This document shows, in pieces, positions 12,589 to 25,726 of a stretch of 64,000 nt of DNA. Within the stretch, counting starts at the first letter, position 1, and the number at the start of each line of letters is the position of its first letter. Source of the DNA: Girardia tigrina (taxonomy: Eukaryota); NCBI GenBank assembly GCA_001938485.1, contig MQRK01226410.1:1-64000 (forward strand), written 5' to 3'. The notes under the pieces are model-generated. The model was not told the origin of the DNA and did no database searches. It was given only the letters and a program-made list of their open reading frames with translations. The translations under genes were made by a program, and so were the position numbers.

Positions 12589-13586
12589 TGTTGGGTCTCT
12601 GGGGGACGATTATAAATTTCTCAAAGATCAGACAAACATTACTTTCCGCTGGTTCGACTGATCTAAGGGGTGTGCTTAGAACGGCAGGTCAAAATTTATA
12701 ATTTATAAACTCAATTATTTACTTTTTTAAATTCAAGGACAACAAATAAGACAATTATTGAATAAAATTTATTTATTTAATTACAATAGTTTACAAACGT
12801 ATATAGGTAAAAATAGCCTGACGAATTTTATATGTGTCTAATAAATTTTTGATTGAAGAGGTCACCCTTCAGTATCAAAAATTAATTTATTTGTAGGAGA
12901 TTTTGATGCAAATAAAATATAATTTCAAAAGAAACTTTTACTAAAATTTATTAAAATTATTACCAATTACTTTAAATGATTTATCAAAATTGAAATAAAT
13001 AATATAATATCAATATTAAGCTATTAATGTTTTGACTTCCTAATCGAACCCTGCAGCGATATTTTCCAAATTTAATCGAAACGGGATTTCTTGGTCCAAT
13101 TTAATTTCCAACGAGACTTCTTAATCCAAATGTTCACAATAACAATTCTCTACCCAATAATCCTTGATAAAATTTCAATTTTTTCTCTTCTGGTAACTTT
13201 AGCTTCAAAGCTTCTTGCGATTGATTTTCCTAATCGCATTTTAATTTATGCCTACACTTACCTAATCGAATTTTAATTTATGTCAACCGTCTACACTTTC
13301 AACGCTCAATATATAGCTCTCCAACTTAGCTGACCCCTGATCTGTACTTGGTCTTTGATTCTACATGAATCACTTTATTTATGTCTGATTTTGTCCTTTT
13401 GACGTCTAAGCCTTTCTTAATTTTTAAACTTTAAAATTATAAATAATATGATATTAATAATAATATTTTTGTACTATTTATTTTATAAATATAAATAAAA
13501 ATAATTAAATTTAAAAGTTTATCAAATAATTAAGAAAATAATAGTAATCTACTATTATTTGATAACATTTTATTATTTATCCAACA
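12589..13586. mobile_element. Solo LTR inserted in Gypsy pol
   Basis: tgttgg...ccaaca termini, 4-bp TSD caag; the pol reading NADMLS/RQNCDTC resumes across it. Confidence 0.85.
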
Positions 13587-15199
13587 CAAGACAGAATTGC
13601 GACACATGTACACAATGCTAAATGGAACACGAAGAAACGAAAAAAGGAAAAACAACAAGACGAGATTATTAGCAGTGACTACGAGTTGTCAAGCCAGAGC
13701 GGGTATGAAAGAATGGATACCGAAAGAAAAAAGGAGCGATCTCATTATACAAACACATAGATTATTGTGCCATGCGGGAGCCAAAAAAGTATACCAATAT
13801 CTGAGGGATAAGTTTGACATGGAAGAAGAAAACAAAACGGTAAAAGAGGTGGTAGGATCATGTATGGAGTGTCAACGAACAAAGACAATAACCACAAAGA
13901 CAAAGGAAGAACACATTAAAATAACAACGTCAGAAATATTTGAGAAAGTTTATATAGTAAAGAAAAGAAAGATACATCTTGGAAATAATTGACCATCTCA
14001 GTAAATACGTGAGCTTTACAGCAATTAGAAGACAAGATGAAGAGACAATAGTACAAATGATAGTACAAAAATGGATATTAAGATTTGGAGCACTAAAAGA
14101 GATCCACGTAGACTGCGGGAAATGTTTCGAAGCGAAAAAAGTAAAAGAAATGATGGAAGCAAAAGGTATCGAATTGATTTTCTCTAGCCCATATCACCAT
14201 AACACAAATGGGATAATTGAAAGGCAGTTTTGGACAATACAAGAATTCATACAGGCAAGTTTAAAAGAAAGAAATGCTACAAGTTGGGCAGACATATTAC
14301 CGGAAGTGGAATTTGCTATAAATGCAACGAAACAAAAGACGATAGGGTGCAGTCCAGCAGAAGTCGTATTTGGGAAGAAAATCGATAGACAAAAGTGGTA
14401 TGATAACAGCAAAATAAACCGGGGGATACCAGAATAAGACTAAAAGAAACAAAACAAGCCAGAGGAAAATGTAACGCGAAGAATTTATAAGGTTGGCGAA
14501 AAGGTCTGGATACAAAAGGAAAATAGAACGAAAGAAGAAAGAATCGAGGGCCCTTATAAAATTATAGAAAGAATTTTTGTAGATAATATTTTTACTAAAT
14601 AAAATGAAATAAAGTTTGCAAATAATGACTCTGGATTTTAATCAGGAACCCAATATTGACCAATATAAATGATAAACTGGTCAATTTTTTATTAATTACT
14701 GATCAAAAATAAATAATACTAATCAAATAATTAAAAAATACTGATCAAAGTATTAAAAATACTGATCATTTAATATATTGCGATTGTTTTCACATAAATT
14801 GTGATATTGCTAATAGTCACAAAGACTAATTAATCATTCACATTTTCAAATTGATTCATATGTTGTCATCGATATTACATTCTTGGCCAAATTTCAGTTC
14901 AAGTGTACCATAGTGAACACAAAAACTATAACAACTAAATTTGAAAAATTAAGAAACAATTGCCGCATTTTTATTAATTTCCGTAAATATATTTTACTTT
15001 ACAACATACAAAAATAACAATCGCTAATTTCTGAGGTCGACAGGAAAACAAACCGAGCGTGATGATCGCGTCATGTGACAATTGTTTGAATCAATCGATT
15101 CGACCTTGAGGATTCGATAAACGATTTGAATTCGATGGATCGACGGTGCTCATTTGGTGACGGCGGATCGCGGCGACCGTGGTGACTGTGGTGGCGCGC

Positions 15200-15324
15200 A
15201 TGGACGACCTGGCGAGCGTGTATGAGCGCCTCATCGACATGGGCTTCTCTGGCGACAGTGTGGACCGCGCCATCCGCAAGGGGCTCTATCGATTTGAGGG
15301 GATCTTCGAGGACCTCGTTGACGC
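15200..15324 (+). CDS. Exon 1 of UBA-UBX-UBX-LRR gene: UBA domain
   Basis: MDDLASVYERLIDMGFSGDSVDRAIRKGLYRFEGIFEDLVDA with the UBA MGF motif; GTGAGA donor, phase 2. Not in the supplied ORF track. Confidence 0.75.
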
Positions 15325-16553
15325 GTGAGACACTTCGCATACATATTTATTAATTGGATATAATAAGATAAACAGGAATTCACATTTTCTATATTTGAAA
15401 AATTAATTAATTATTAATCATAAATTAATTAATAAATAATCAAAAATTATTAATAAATATTAATTAATTAATTCATTTAAAATAAATTAAATAACTTAAA
15501 ATAAAATAAATTATAAATTAAAATAAATTATAAATTAAATAAATTTAATTAATTAATAAAAAATTAAAAGTTTTTAATAAATATTCATAAATTATTTGTA
15601 AAATTAAAAAACCTAATAATAAATATACACAAATTAAGTAATTTATTAATATTTACAAATTAATTAATAAATAATCAAAAATTAATTTATAAATATTCAT
15701 AAATTAATAAATAATTATATATATATNNNNNNNNNNNNNNNNNNNNNNNNNNNNNNNNNNNNNNNNNNNNNNNNNNNNNNNNNNNNNNNNNNNNNNNNNN
15801 NNNNNNNNNNNNNNNNNNNNNNNNNNNNNNNNNNNNNNNNNNNNNNNNNNNNNNNNNNNNNNNNNNNNNNNNNNNNNNNNNNNNNNNNNNNNNNNNNNNN
15901 NNNNNNNNNNNNNNNNNNNNNNNNNNNNNNNNNNNNNNNNNNNNNNNNNNNNNNNNNNNNNNNNNNNNNNNNNNNNNNNNNNNNNNNNNNNNNNNNNNNN
16001 NNNNNNNNNNNNNNNNNNNNNNNNNNNNNNNNNNNNNNNNNNNNNNNNNNNNNNNNNNNNNNNNNNNNNNNNNNNNNNNNNNNNNNNNNNNNNNNNNNNN
16101 NNNNNNNNNNNNNNNNNNNNNNNNNNNNNNNNNNNNNNNNNNNNNNNNNNNNNNNNNNNNNNNNNNNNNNNNNNNNNNNNNNNNNNNNNNNNNNNNNNNN
16201 NNNNNNNNNNNNNNNNNNNNNNNNNNNNNNNNNNNNNNNNNNNNNNNNNNNNNNNNNNNNNNNNNNNNNNNNNNNNNNNNNNNNNNNNNNNNNNNNNNNN
16301 NNNNNNNNNNNNNNNNNNNNNNNNNNNNNNNNNNNNNNNNNNNNNNNNNNNNNNNNNNNNNNNNNNNNNNNNNNNNNNNNNNNNNNNNNNNNNNNNNNNN
16401 NNNNNNNNNNNNNNNNNNNNNNNNNNNNNNNNNNNNNNNNNNNNNNNNNNNNNNNNNNNNNNNNNNNNNNNNNNNNNNNNNNNNNNNNNNNNNNNNNNNN
16501 NNNNNNNNNNNNNNNNNNNNNNNNNNNNNNNNNNNNNNNNNNNNNNNNNNNNN

Positions 16554-16903
16554 AAAAATATTTTTATTTATAAATAAATATTTAATATTTTTGTTTTCTT
16601 GACATTTTTAATTTTAAGATATTTAATAGATACATTAAAAGATATTTTTTTTTATTTTTAAATAGATATTTTATTTTTTATGATTTTTTTTATTATATCA
16701 TTTTTAATTTTTTTAAAATATTTAAAAACAAATTAAAAATATTTTATTTTTAAAAACGTTTTTGATTTTTTAATAGAATTTTATTATATCATTTTTAATT
16801 TAAAAATATTGAATAAGCATATTAACATAAAAATATTTTACCTTTTAAATTAAAAAATAATAAATTATTCAGGCGAGATAAAAATTTAAATTAACCCCTC
16901 ATA
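16554..16903 (-). mobile_element. 3' LTR of the minus-strand Gypsy remnant (runs into gap)
   Basis: Follows PPT aagaaggggga; reverse-complement match to solo LTR 51290-51759. Confidence 0.8.
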
Positions 16904-18843
16904 TCCCCCTTCTTTAAGAATTTTCTCAATTTTTCCACGTTTCGATCTAAACTTCTTCCATCTTCATTTATTAGTTTATACCCTCTATCGTGTGTTTTCT
17001 CTACCACTTTATACGGTCCTTCATATTTATCTTTACTCTTTATCCCCGTTTCCACCTTGACTAGTACTTCATCTCCAATTTCGAAATTTCATCTGGTTGT
17101 TTGTGTCTTCTTTTTCTTGCTGTACCTTTATGTCTTGACTATGCCATCTTTCTCTGTATATTTTCTTACCGAATATAATTTCTTCTGAGCTCTTCCCTAT
17201 TGTTTTCTGAAAAGTTGCGTTTAATGTGAATTCTATTTCCGGTAGTAGTTCCTCCCAGTCTGATCCTTTCTTTGTATGTAACGATGCGTTTAAATATTCT
17301 CTAATCGTCCGAAATTGTCTTTCTACTATTCCATTCGTGTTATGATGGTACGGACTCGAGTAACACATTTTTATATTCATTGATTCTGCCATGTCTTTGA
17401 ATACCTTCGATTCGAATGTCTTCCCACAATCTGCATGTATTTCCATCGGCGCTCCAAATCTCAAGATCCATTTGGTCATTATGGTGTCTTTTATGGTTAT
17501 TTCATCCTGCTTGTTAATGGCTGTCGAAGATATGTACCTACTAAACTGATCTATGATTACAACAATATACTTTTTTCTTCTCCAAGTCTCCTTTAGTAGT
17601 CCGCATATGTCTATGTACACTTTCTCAAATGGTTCATTTGCGACCAATGTCACCCGTTTTTCCTTCATAGCGGTCGTTAATGTTTTACTTTTTTGGCATG
17701 CTTCATATTGTCCAATTACTTCTTTTATTATTTCATTCCGATTGATCATGTCATAATTTTCAGAGATGTATTTCGTTACTTTCTCTGCNNNNNNNNNNNN
17801 NNNNNNNNNNNNNNNNNNNNNNNNNNNNNNNNNNNNNNNNNNNNNNNNNNNNNNNNNNNNNNNNNNNNNNNNNNNNNNNNNNNNNNNNNNNNNNNNNNNN
17901 NNNNNNNNNNNNNNNNNNNNNNNNNNNNNNNNNNNNNNNNNNNNNNNNNNNNNNNNNNNNNNNNNNNNNNNNNNNNNNNNNNNNNNNNNNNNNNNNNNNN
18001 NNNNNNNNNNNNNNNNNNNNNNNNNNNNNNNTGTGTACATGTATCACATGTATTCCGAGACAACATATCCGCGTTGGAATGATCTGTTTCTTTTCTGTAT
18101 TCTAAGTGTATGTCAAGACTTGATAAATAATTAATCCATGTCTGAAATTGCGCCGTTATCGTTTTTTTTGTTTTAACCATAAACGTAATTACCTTATGAT
18201 CCGTTCTCAAAGTGAATCGCTTCCCGTATAAATAATAATTAAAATGTTGACAAAAGTAATACATTGCCAACAGCTCCTTCCTCATAATGCAGTATCCTTT
18301 TTCATGATTATTCATAGAGTGTGAACCATATGCAATAACTCTCTCACGTCCGTCGTTGTCTCTTTGGGATAATACTGCTCCAATCGTGTCGAAACTGGCA
18401 TCAGTGTCCAGTATAAATTCTTTCTTGAAGTCTGGGAATCCTAGAATCGGTGGTGTTGTTAAAGCCTCTTTCATNNNNNNNNNNNNNNNNNNNNNNNNNN
18501 NNNNNNNNNNNNNNTTCTTCTTGTTCAATCCACACAGTTGTTCCAATGTCTTGGCCTTTGTTGCGTAGTCCTTAATAAATCGTCTGTAATAATTGCAAAT
18601 TCCAAGGAAACTTCTTAGATTCTTTACACATTTTGGTTTTTCGAATGTCTTTATGGCTTCTAATTTAGATGGGTCCGTCTGTATACCTTTATCATTAATT
18701 ACATGTCCCAAAAATTTAACTTCCGTTTTTAAGATATAACACTTTTCCGGATTAATTCTTAAGCCTGCTTTCCCGATTTGGTCCAATACTTTATTCAAAG
18801 TTTCATAATGTTGTTCCAACGATTTTGAAAATATAAGAATGCT
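16904..18843 (-). mobile_element. Gypsy pol remnant (RT C-terminus, RNase H, integrase) in intron 1 of the UBX gene
   Basis: KFLGHVI, LRSFLGICNYYRRFI, FILDTDAS, RKELLA, IDQFSR, HADCG, TNGIVERQFRTI. Confidence 0.9.
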
Positions 18844-20475
18844 TTTGGTTGTCAAACGATGCGAGATTATGTATTGAAATATATGAGAACAGATGTATTG
18901 CTGTTGGCAGATTTTTTCGAGAATTTCCGGAAAATGTGTATGGATTATTATCAAATAGATCCTTGTTATTGTTACTCAACTCCTGGTTTGACTTGGCAAG
19001 CTGGAATGAAATTTACCAAACAAAAACTATAATATTTCAAAGAAGATTGATATGATAAATTATTATTTTATGAAGCTGGAATTCGAGGTGGAGTTGCAAC
19101 TGTTTTTGGAAATCGTTATATTCGTTCGCATAATCGATATACAGAAGAAGATATTGGTAAAAAGATTGTGATAAATGAATATGAATTTGATTTGATGATG
19201 GAAGATTTTGAACGATCAAAAGACAAAGCAAATTATGATTTTCATAAATATTTTAGAGAAAGTTATGTATTGTATTACGATGCCAACTCATTGTATTCAT
19301 CATCAATAACCAGATATTTACCTACTAGTGAAATGGAATGGTCTGAAGACGAGGAATTGTCATACGAGGAGTCAGATGAGGAATCTGAACATGGATTCGT
19401 TTATAAAGTCGATTTGCGATATCCTGATTCGATTAAACGAAAATCATTTTATTATCCATTTTGTCCGGAAAAACTGGTACCAAAAACACCGGAGGAAGAA
19501 TTATCGGAATATGAACGTTCGGTTTATCCAGAACGAGCAGATAAAACGGAAAAATTGGTACAGACATTTCTCGACAAACGAAAATATATTGTCGAAGGAA
19601 GGACATTGGATTTCTATTTGAAACAGGAAATGGAATTGGAAAAAATCTATCGGAAATTAGTATACAAGAAATCTCCTTGGTTGCGTCCATTTATTGAATT
19701 CAATATCCAGAAATGAAGGGAAGCAGGAAAACATTTATTTGGAGATTTCTTTTTCAAATTGATGAACAATTCGTTTTATGATAAAACGCTGGAAAATGTT
19801 CGAAATCATTCTAATATTAAAATTGTCAATAATCGAAAAATGTTTGAAAAGCTGGCTGGTAAACCAGAATACAAATCTTTGACTCTGTTCAATCGGAAAC
19901 TTTGTGCAGTTGAAATGCGAAAAACTTCAGTATAATATAAGTTCAATTATATTGGATTAACTGTTTTGAAGCTGTCAAAACTTTTAATGTTTCGATTTGC
20001 TTACGAAGGATTACATACAATTTGGAACTTTGAATCGGGAAATGTATTATTACATTATACCGATACCGATTCTTTTTTTGTACAAATTTACGATAGTTTA
20101 GATAATATTAGTTATAAGTTGAAAGATTGGTTACATAATTCCGATTTGGGAAAATTCAAAGATGGAATGGAAGGTGTGAAAATTATTGAAGAAATGGTTG
20201 ATATAAAATCAAAAGATTATATTTTTTAACATATTTTATTGGCAAAAAATCAGAAAGGAGAAACTTGTAAAAATAAAGAAGTAAAGGATGTAACTTTTGA
20301 AAATAGAATTAATATTTTATTTGATAATGAAAAAATAATGAAAGAAGAGAAAAATATTATATCGAAATTACATGAAATTAATATTGTATCAAAAACAAAA
20401 CAGGCATCTTCTGGATACGATAATAAAAAACGATATCCATTTAATCATATAACATTTTTTTCCTATAGGTTTTAA
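18844..20475 (+). pseudogene. Polinton/Maverick (adintovirus-like) family B DNA polymerase remnant
   Basis: RTDVLLLADFFENFRKMC..YQIDPCYCYSTPGLTW, GIRGG, YYDANSLY, KLMNNSFY(D)KTLEN, HYTDTDS, LGKFKD; contains stops and frameshifts. Confidence 0.88.
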
Positions 20476-21547
20476 TAAAAATGAATTGATGGGAAAATAT
20501 ATTTTATTTTAATTTTTATTAGTAATTTAGAATTAAATGATTTTTGAAATTTACAAAAAAAGTTAAAAAATCGCCTGATTTTTAACATTATTTTTGAAAG
20601 CATCTATTAATGCAACCTATAATCATATTACTCCCGGGCGGATCGAACATTAGCTGTTATGAAAAAACTCACACATTGATTATAATTTTCATTACATATG
20701 AATTGAGGATCATACTTTCTGACAATCCATAGTTGAACTTTCATTTTTTGACATTCTTATACAAAATTAATAATTTTTATCCGATTATCTGAACCAATTT
20801 GGAAAAAGAAAGCTCTTTAACAATATTTTCTACATATTTCATTGGTTAAAATAAAAATAAATAATTACTATAAAAATTATTTTAAAATATTAATTTGCTT
20901 TAAATGTTTAAAATATTAATATAAATTTTATCGAATTATTTAAAATTTTGCAATCACATTAAATTAAAATAATTTCAAATATTGATAATATTAATTATTA
21001 ATTTTTATCCGATTATCTGAACCAATATTAATTTGCTTTAAATTTTTTAAAAATTAATATAAATTTTTTCAAATTATTTAAAACTTAACAATGACATTAC
21101 AATTAAAATGGCATTGTAAATTAAAACCATGTATAATATTACATGTCAATTTAAATCAAATTTGTTTCAGATTAAAAGAAGTAAAATTAAATAAATTAAT
21201 CAGTCATCCAGATATCAGAGACAATCCAAAATCAATACACAAAGTTCAAACACAAAACATCAAACATTATGAATATTTCTCAGACTGTCAATGTGTATAA
21301 ATAAAATGACTGATAGATTAATATTCTGAGAATTCATTGTGGTCTTTTGTTTATGTTATTATACTGAATATCACCAGTTTCAAACCTTTTTTTCATTTCA
21401 TTAATGATCTAGAGAATGTACAAATACAAACATTAACTAGACGACAATTTTACTGCACTGTACTTAGATAAGATTGTGTTAAATAATAATTAATAATTAA
21501 AATCACTGAATGATCTGAGTGTTTTATTAATTCTAATTATCGTTCAG

Positions 21548-21718
21548 GGAGGAGTCTGAAAAGTCTCAGCAAAAATCAACTGATCATACTGCTACTGCCG
21601 GACAGAGCTCACAACAGGGACAACAAGGACCAAGGCTCAGGTGGAATCCATCGAGTCTCATTGACTCTATCTCGACGCAAGAGAACACGGGGATGGACGA
21701 TGAATACCGCTTGGACAG
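21548..21718 (+). CDS. Exon 2 of UBA-UBX-UBX-LRR gene (low-complexity linker)
   Basis: ttcag acceptor; open frame EESEKSQQ...DEYRLD; phase 2/2, compatible with exons 1 and 3. Confidence 0.65.
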
Positions 21719-22984
21719 GTCGTTATTGTTGTTAAAATCGAAAGATATGTTTCTGTATTAATATTCTGTCGTAATATATTTCGTATTAAAAAGGGTACCA
21801 TTGTTGGGTATTTGAATTAAAACTCGGTTTTCTCCTTGTTATTATTAAATTTCTAATCTGACTCCAAAACGACCAAAAAGTTTCTTCCAACAATAATATA
21901 TGAAGAATAAACACAAATCCTTTTAATATACTTTATTTGCAAATAACAACTTGAGCACAAAATTAAATCGAAACTTTAACAGTAAATCAATATTTTGAAG
22001 CACACTCAACCAGCACAAACCAATATCAATTTAGAACGAGCAATATCTGAAAATTATGATTAAATTTTTCTCCTTGGCAGGATACTAAATTTGTTAAGTA
22101 AACCAAAATTAAATGAAGAAAGATTACCGTAAATCATAATAAAGTTTAAAGATTTAATGGGATCCGTAAGTATAATTTTGTCCGTAATTTTTGTTGTGAA
22201 TATGACTGAAATAATTATTGTTTATATACTAGTTTCTAAATAACCTTGAAAATTAGTTTGCTAAAACAATTCTAAAAATATTTACAAATATTCTAAAAAT
22301 TTTATTAAAATAAGTATTATGATAATCAAAAAATTATTAATTTTAACCAGAGAATTATTTTTAATTTTTCTATTAGGTTTTAAAATTTTAATTTATATTT
22401 TTCGGAACCCCGACACCATTATAAAATGGTAACAGTTTTCCAAATGAATTGTTTCCTTGACACAGGTGATAGCATTTTCTGGTTTTAGCATTATGAAGGA
22501 CATATGTGTATATATGTAGTTATATATATATATATNNNNNNNNNNNNNNNNNNNNNNNNNNNNNNNNNNNNNNNNNNNNNNNNNNNNNNNNNNNNNNNNN
22601 NNNNNNNNNNNNNNNNNNNNNNNNNNNNNNNNNNNNNNNNNNNNNNNNNNNNNNNNNNNNNNNNNNNNNNNNNNNNNNNNNNNNNNNNNNNNNNNNNNNN
22701 NNNNNNNNNNNNNNNNNNNNNNNNNNNNNNNNNNNNNNNNNNNNNNNNNNNNNNNNNNNNNNNNNNNNNNNNNNNNNNNNNNNNNNNNNNNNNNNNNNNN
22801 NNNNNNNNNNNNNNNNNNNNNNNNNNNNNNNNNNNNNNNNNNNNNNNNNNNNNNNNNNNNNNNNNNNNNNNNNNNNNNNNNNNNNNNNNNNNNNNNNNNN
22901 NNNNNNNNNNNNNNNNNNNNNNNNNNNNNNNNNNNNNNNNNNNNNNNNNNNATATATATATATGATCACTTTTTATATTGGATT

Positions 22985-24320
22985 TAAAAGGTTGTCGGTG
23001 AAAACGGAGTTTTCTATCAGTCGATTCTATGCATACATTGAGTGGAAAAATGGAACGACTGCAGCTGAAACCTATAGAAAGTTGTTCAATGCCTTCCCTG
23101 ATGATTGCCCAACGGAACGCACAATAAGAAACTGGTTCTCTGATTTTACCTCAGGTAAGCGGCTATCGTTGGACGATCACCCACGAAGTGGACGTCCTTC
23201 AGCAACAACAACTGATGATTTGATTGAAAAAGTTAGGAAAATACCGTAATTTCCGCACTATAAGCCGCACATTGCCTGCTTTTCCCAAAAAAACATTATA
23301 AGCTATGACATTATATAAAAAAACATTATAAACATTATAAAACAAATAAAAACATTATAAAAACGTATAAGCCGCAACTCTTAAATTATGACTCATTTCA
23401 GGTTTTTTAGTGCGGCTTATAGTCCGGAATTTACGGTAATTAGCAGGATGAAAGAATGTCTTTAAGACACATAAGTGAAATGCTTGGTGTCAACAAAGAA
23501 TTAATAAGGACAATCCTCCATGAAAATTTGAACAGGAAAGAGATTTTGAACATCTGGGTGCCTTATCAACTGACTGATGATCACAAACGACAACGTATTG
23601 AATCCTCAAGAAATATTTTGCAACTTGTGCAACAATATGGGAAAGAATATTTGATGAAACGATGGATAACAGTTGATGAAACGTGGATATTATTTTCCCC
23701 TACATTATGGAGATCCGACTTACGAGTATGGGCAAGTGGAGATGATCCTCGACCACGTGCTGTTCAAAACATAAAATTTGGACGAAGAGCAATGCTTATT
23801 TTGACATTCACAGTTGATGGTAAGTTTCACATCGAAGTAACAAAATCTGGTGAGGCTATCAATTTTGAAAGATATACAGAATTCATTCAAAATAGTCTTA
23901 CGAAGTTTAGTAAAGACAGACGACAAGTGAATATGCGAGAAATTCTTTGGGAGCATGATAATGCTCGACCACATTCATCCAAGTTTACCACGGAGTTTTT
24001 TCAGAAAAAAACATATTGAATTTATTAAACAAACTCCATATTCGCCTGATTTAAATCAGTGTGACAAATGGCTATTCAAATTTTTAAAAGAATCACTAAG
24101 AACAACATCATTTGCAAGTGAGGAAGAGGTCTTACAAGCGGTCAGGGATATCATGAGGAATCTCATGAGGAAAACTTTCACATGAATTTGATAAACTTTT
24201 TACACATGCTGAAAATGTTATTTGTTGTAATGGTGAATATACTGTTGTGTAGAAATATATATTTGTTTTATTTAGAAATTAGAAATACAGAGGAGTAACG
24301 AAAAAAACTTTTTTGCCATA
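22985..24320 (+). mobile_element. Decayed mariner transposase (DD34D)
   Basis: PTERTIRNWF, PRSGRP, WVPYQLT, TVDETW, HDNARPH, YSPDLNQCD; ends approximate. Confidence 0.88.
23244..23436. mobile_element. pogo/Tc2-type MITE inserted in the mariner
   Basis: TIRs ccgtaatttccgcactataagccgcac / gtgcggcttatagtccggaatttacgg, TA TSD. Confidence 0.85.
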
Positions 24321-24358
<38 letters not shown>

Positions 24359-24599
24359 GCTCGCAATTGCGAAGTAAAGGTATTTCAAACACCAAAGTAG
24401 TTTCGAAAAATTTTATAAAATGTTTTTTTTAGTATATTAGTGAAAAAAATCAATAGGTATGGCTAGAAATTTTTGAGGAAAAATAAAAAAGATCATTTTG
24501 CCTTTAGAAATTGAGTGAAAGAAATCGATGAAACGCTATTTCTTGAAGGGTGCGGTACCGAATGGTGGCGAATAAATTTACAGATCTTGTTCATTATTA

Positions 24600-24927
24600 C
24601 CATCACATATTATTACGTTCACATGTATCTTGCGATGGGCATATTCACCATAAGCTTCTTGGAGTAATCGGTATGATTCAGCAGCAGTTTTATTTGATGG
24701 TAACAAAAAATTAGTACCGTCCGCGAATGCTCCCTGCTTGGCATAAATTTGGACATCTAAAACACAGAAATACAACAATTATTAAAACGCTTTATCAATT
24801 TATGAGTTACGTATGAGACACTACATAATTACTCAATATTATGACATCATTGCCTAACCATTGACCTACTTTTTGCATTGTGCACAATCCGTTTTCTGAA
24901 ATCCGCATTTCATACTTGTACACCTAA
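24600..24927 (-). mobile_element. Mariner 5' fragment
   Basis: TIR ttaggtgtacaagtatgaaatgcgg and KTAAESYRLLQEAYGEYA motif. Confidence 0.7.
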
Positions 24928-24974
24928 TATATGAAAAATGATATTATCAATATAATGCAACATCATTTATACAG

Positions 24975-25083
24975 ACTCGGTAACGGGAACAGCAACAAAG
25001 TACCGTCGTCCACAGTTTCTTCCTCGCTCATCGCCAGCAGCACTCTCTCTGATTCCACTAACCGGAAAATGACGAAGATTCAG
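24975..25083 (+). CDS. Exon 3 of UBA-UBX-UBX-LRR gene
   Basis: tacag acceptor; (R)LGNGNSNK...KMTKIQ; GTAAAA donor in phase 0. The TKIQ|IM join supplies the first UBX strand. Confidence 0.7.
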
Positions 25084-25658
25084 GTAAAAGACTTAATCTT
25101 AATAATTTCAATAAATTTTATTTCATCTGAATTATCGATATCATAAATTATTTATAATAATAATTATAATAAATAATTTTGAACGAAAGTTTTTTTTAAG
25201 TGTAAACAGACGTCCAATGTTATTTTATGTTTTATCAAGAGAAAATGAAGTTGTTTCTTCTATTCTTCCTTTTACAATAGCCGTTTGAAGAAGAAAGTGG
25301 TAACATTGAATCTCTACTTGCAGTGCAATATGACATAGACTACCAGACTCACGAATAAGAAGTTATTATTTTAATTTGACCAAAACCATCTTACGCTTAC
25401 TTGTAAAGATTGGATATAAGAGAATATTCAAAACCGACGGGATATTTTAAAAACTTATAAAAATGGCAATCACTTTAGCTTTGGTATCCTCTGAAGTTAT
25501 AAATCAAGGGTTGATCGATATTTCTCGACGAGAGCCGCAAATCAAAAATATCAGATTTTTGAGAGCCGCATAAGAAAAATGTCATATATTACACAATATA
25601 TAACAATAAATATAAAGTCAAGGTTTAAAAATTTTTTTCATTACAAATGAATTTTCTT

Positions 25659-25697
<39 letters not shown>

Positions 25698-25700
<3 letters not shown>

Positions 25701-25726
25701 GGATAAAAACAAGACGACGCGTTTCG
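25698..25726 (-). repeat. End of another copy of the hammerhead-bearing repeat, between (TA)n and a gap
   Basis: tagggataaaaacaagacgacgcgtttcg differs by one base from 47471-47499. Confidence 0.75.

Larger units (their letters stand above)
7129..14655 (+). mobile_element. Near-full-length decayed Ty3/Gypsy element (5' LTR 7129-9454 interrupted; gag-pol 9454-14560; partial 3' LTR about 14575-14655)
   Basis: LTR tgttagggg...gaacccaata present at both ends; TSD ctgac/ttgac; PBS tggcgacc. Gag with three CCHC-like knuckles, protease DTG, RT YLDD, RNase H and integrase, all frameshifted. Confidence 0.9.

Noticed and set aside
15071-15340. Minus-strand ORFs of 89 and 62 aa
   Set aside because: Antisense shadows of the GC-rich UBA exon.
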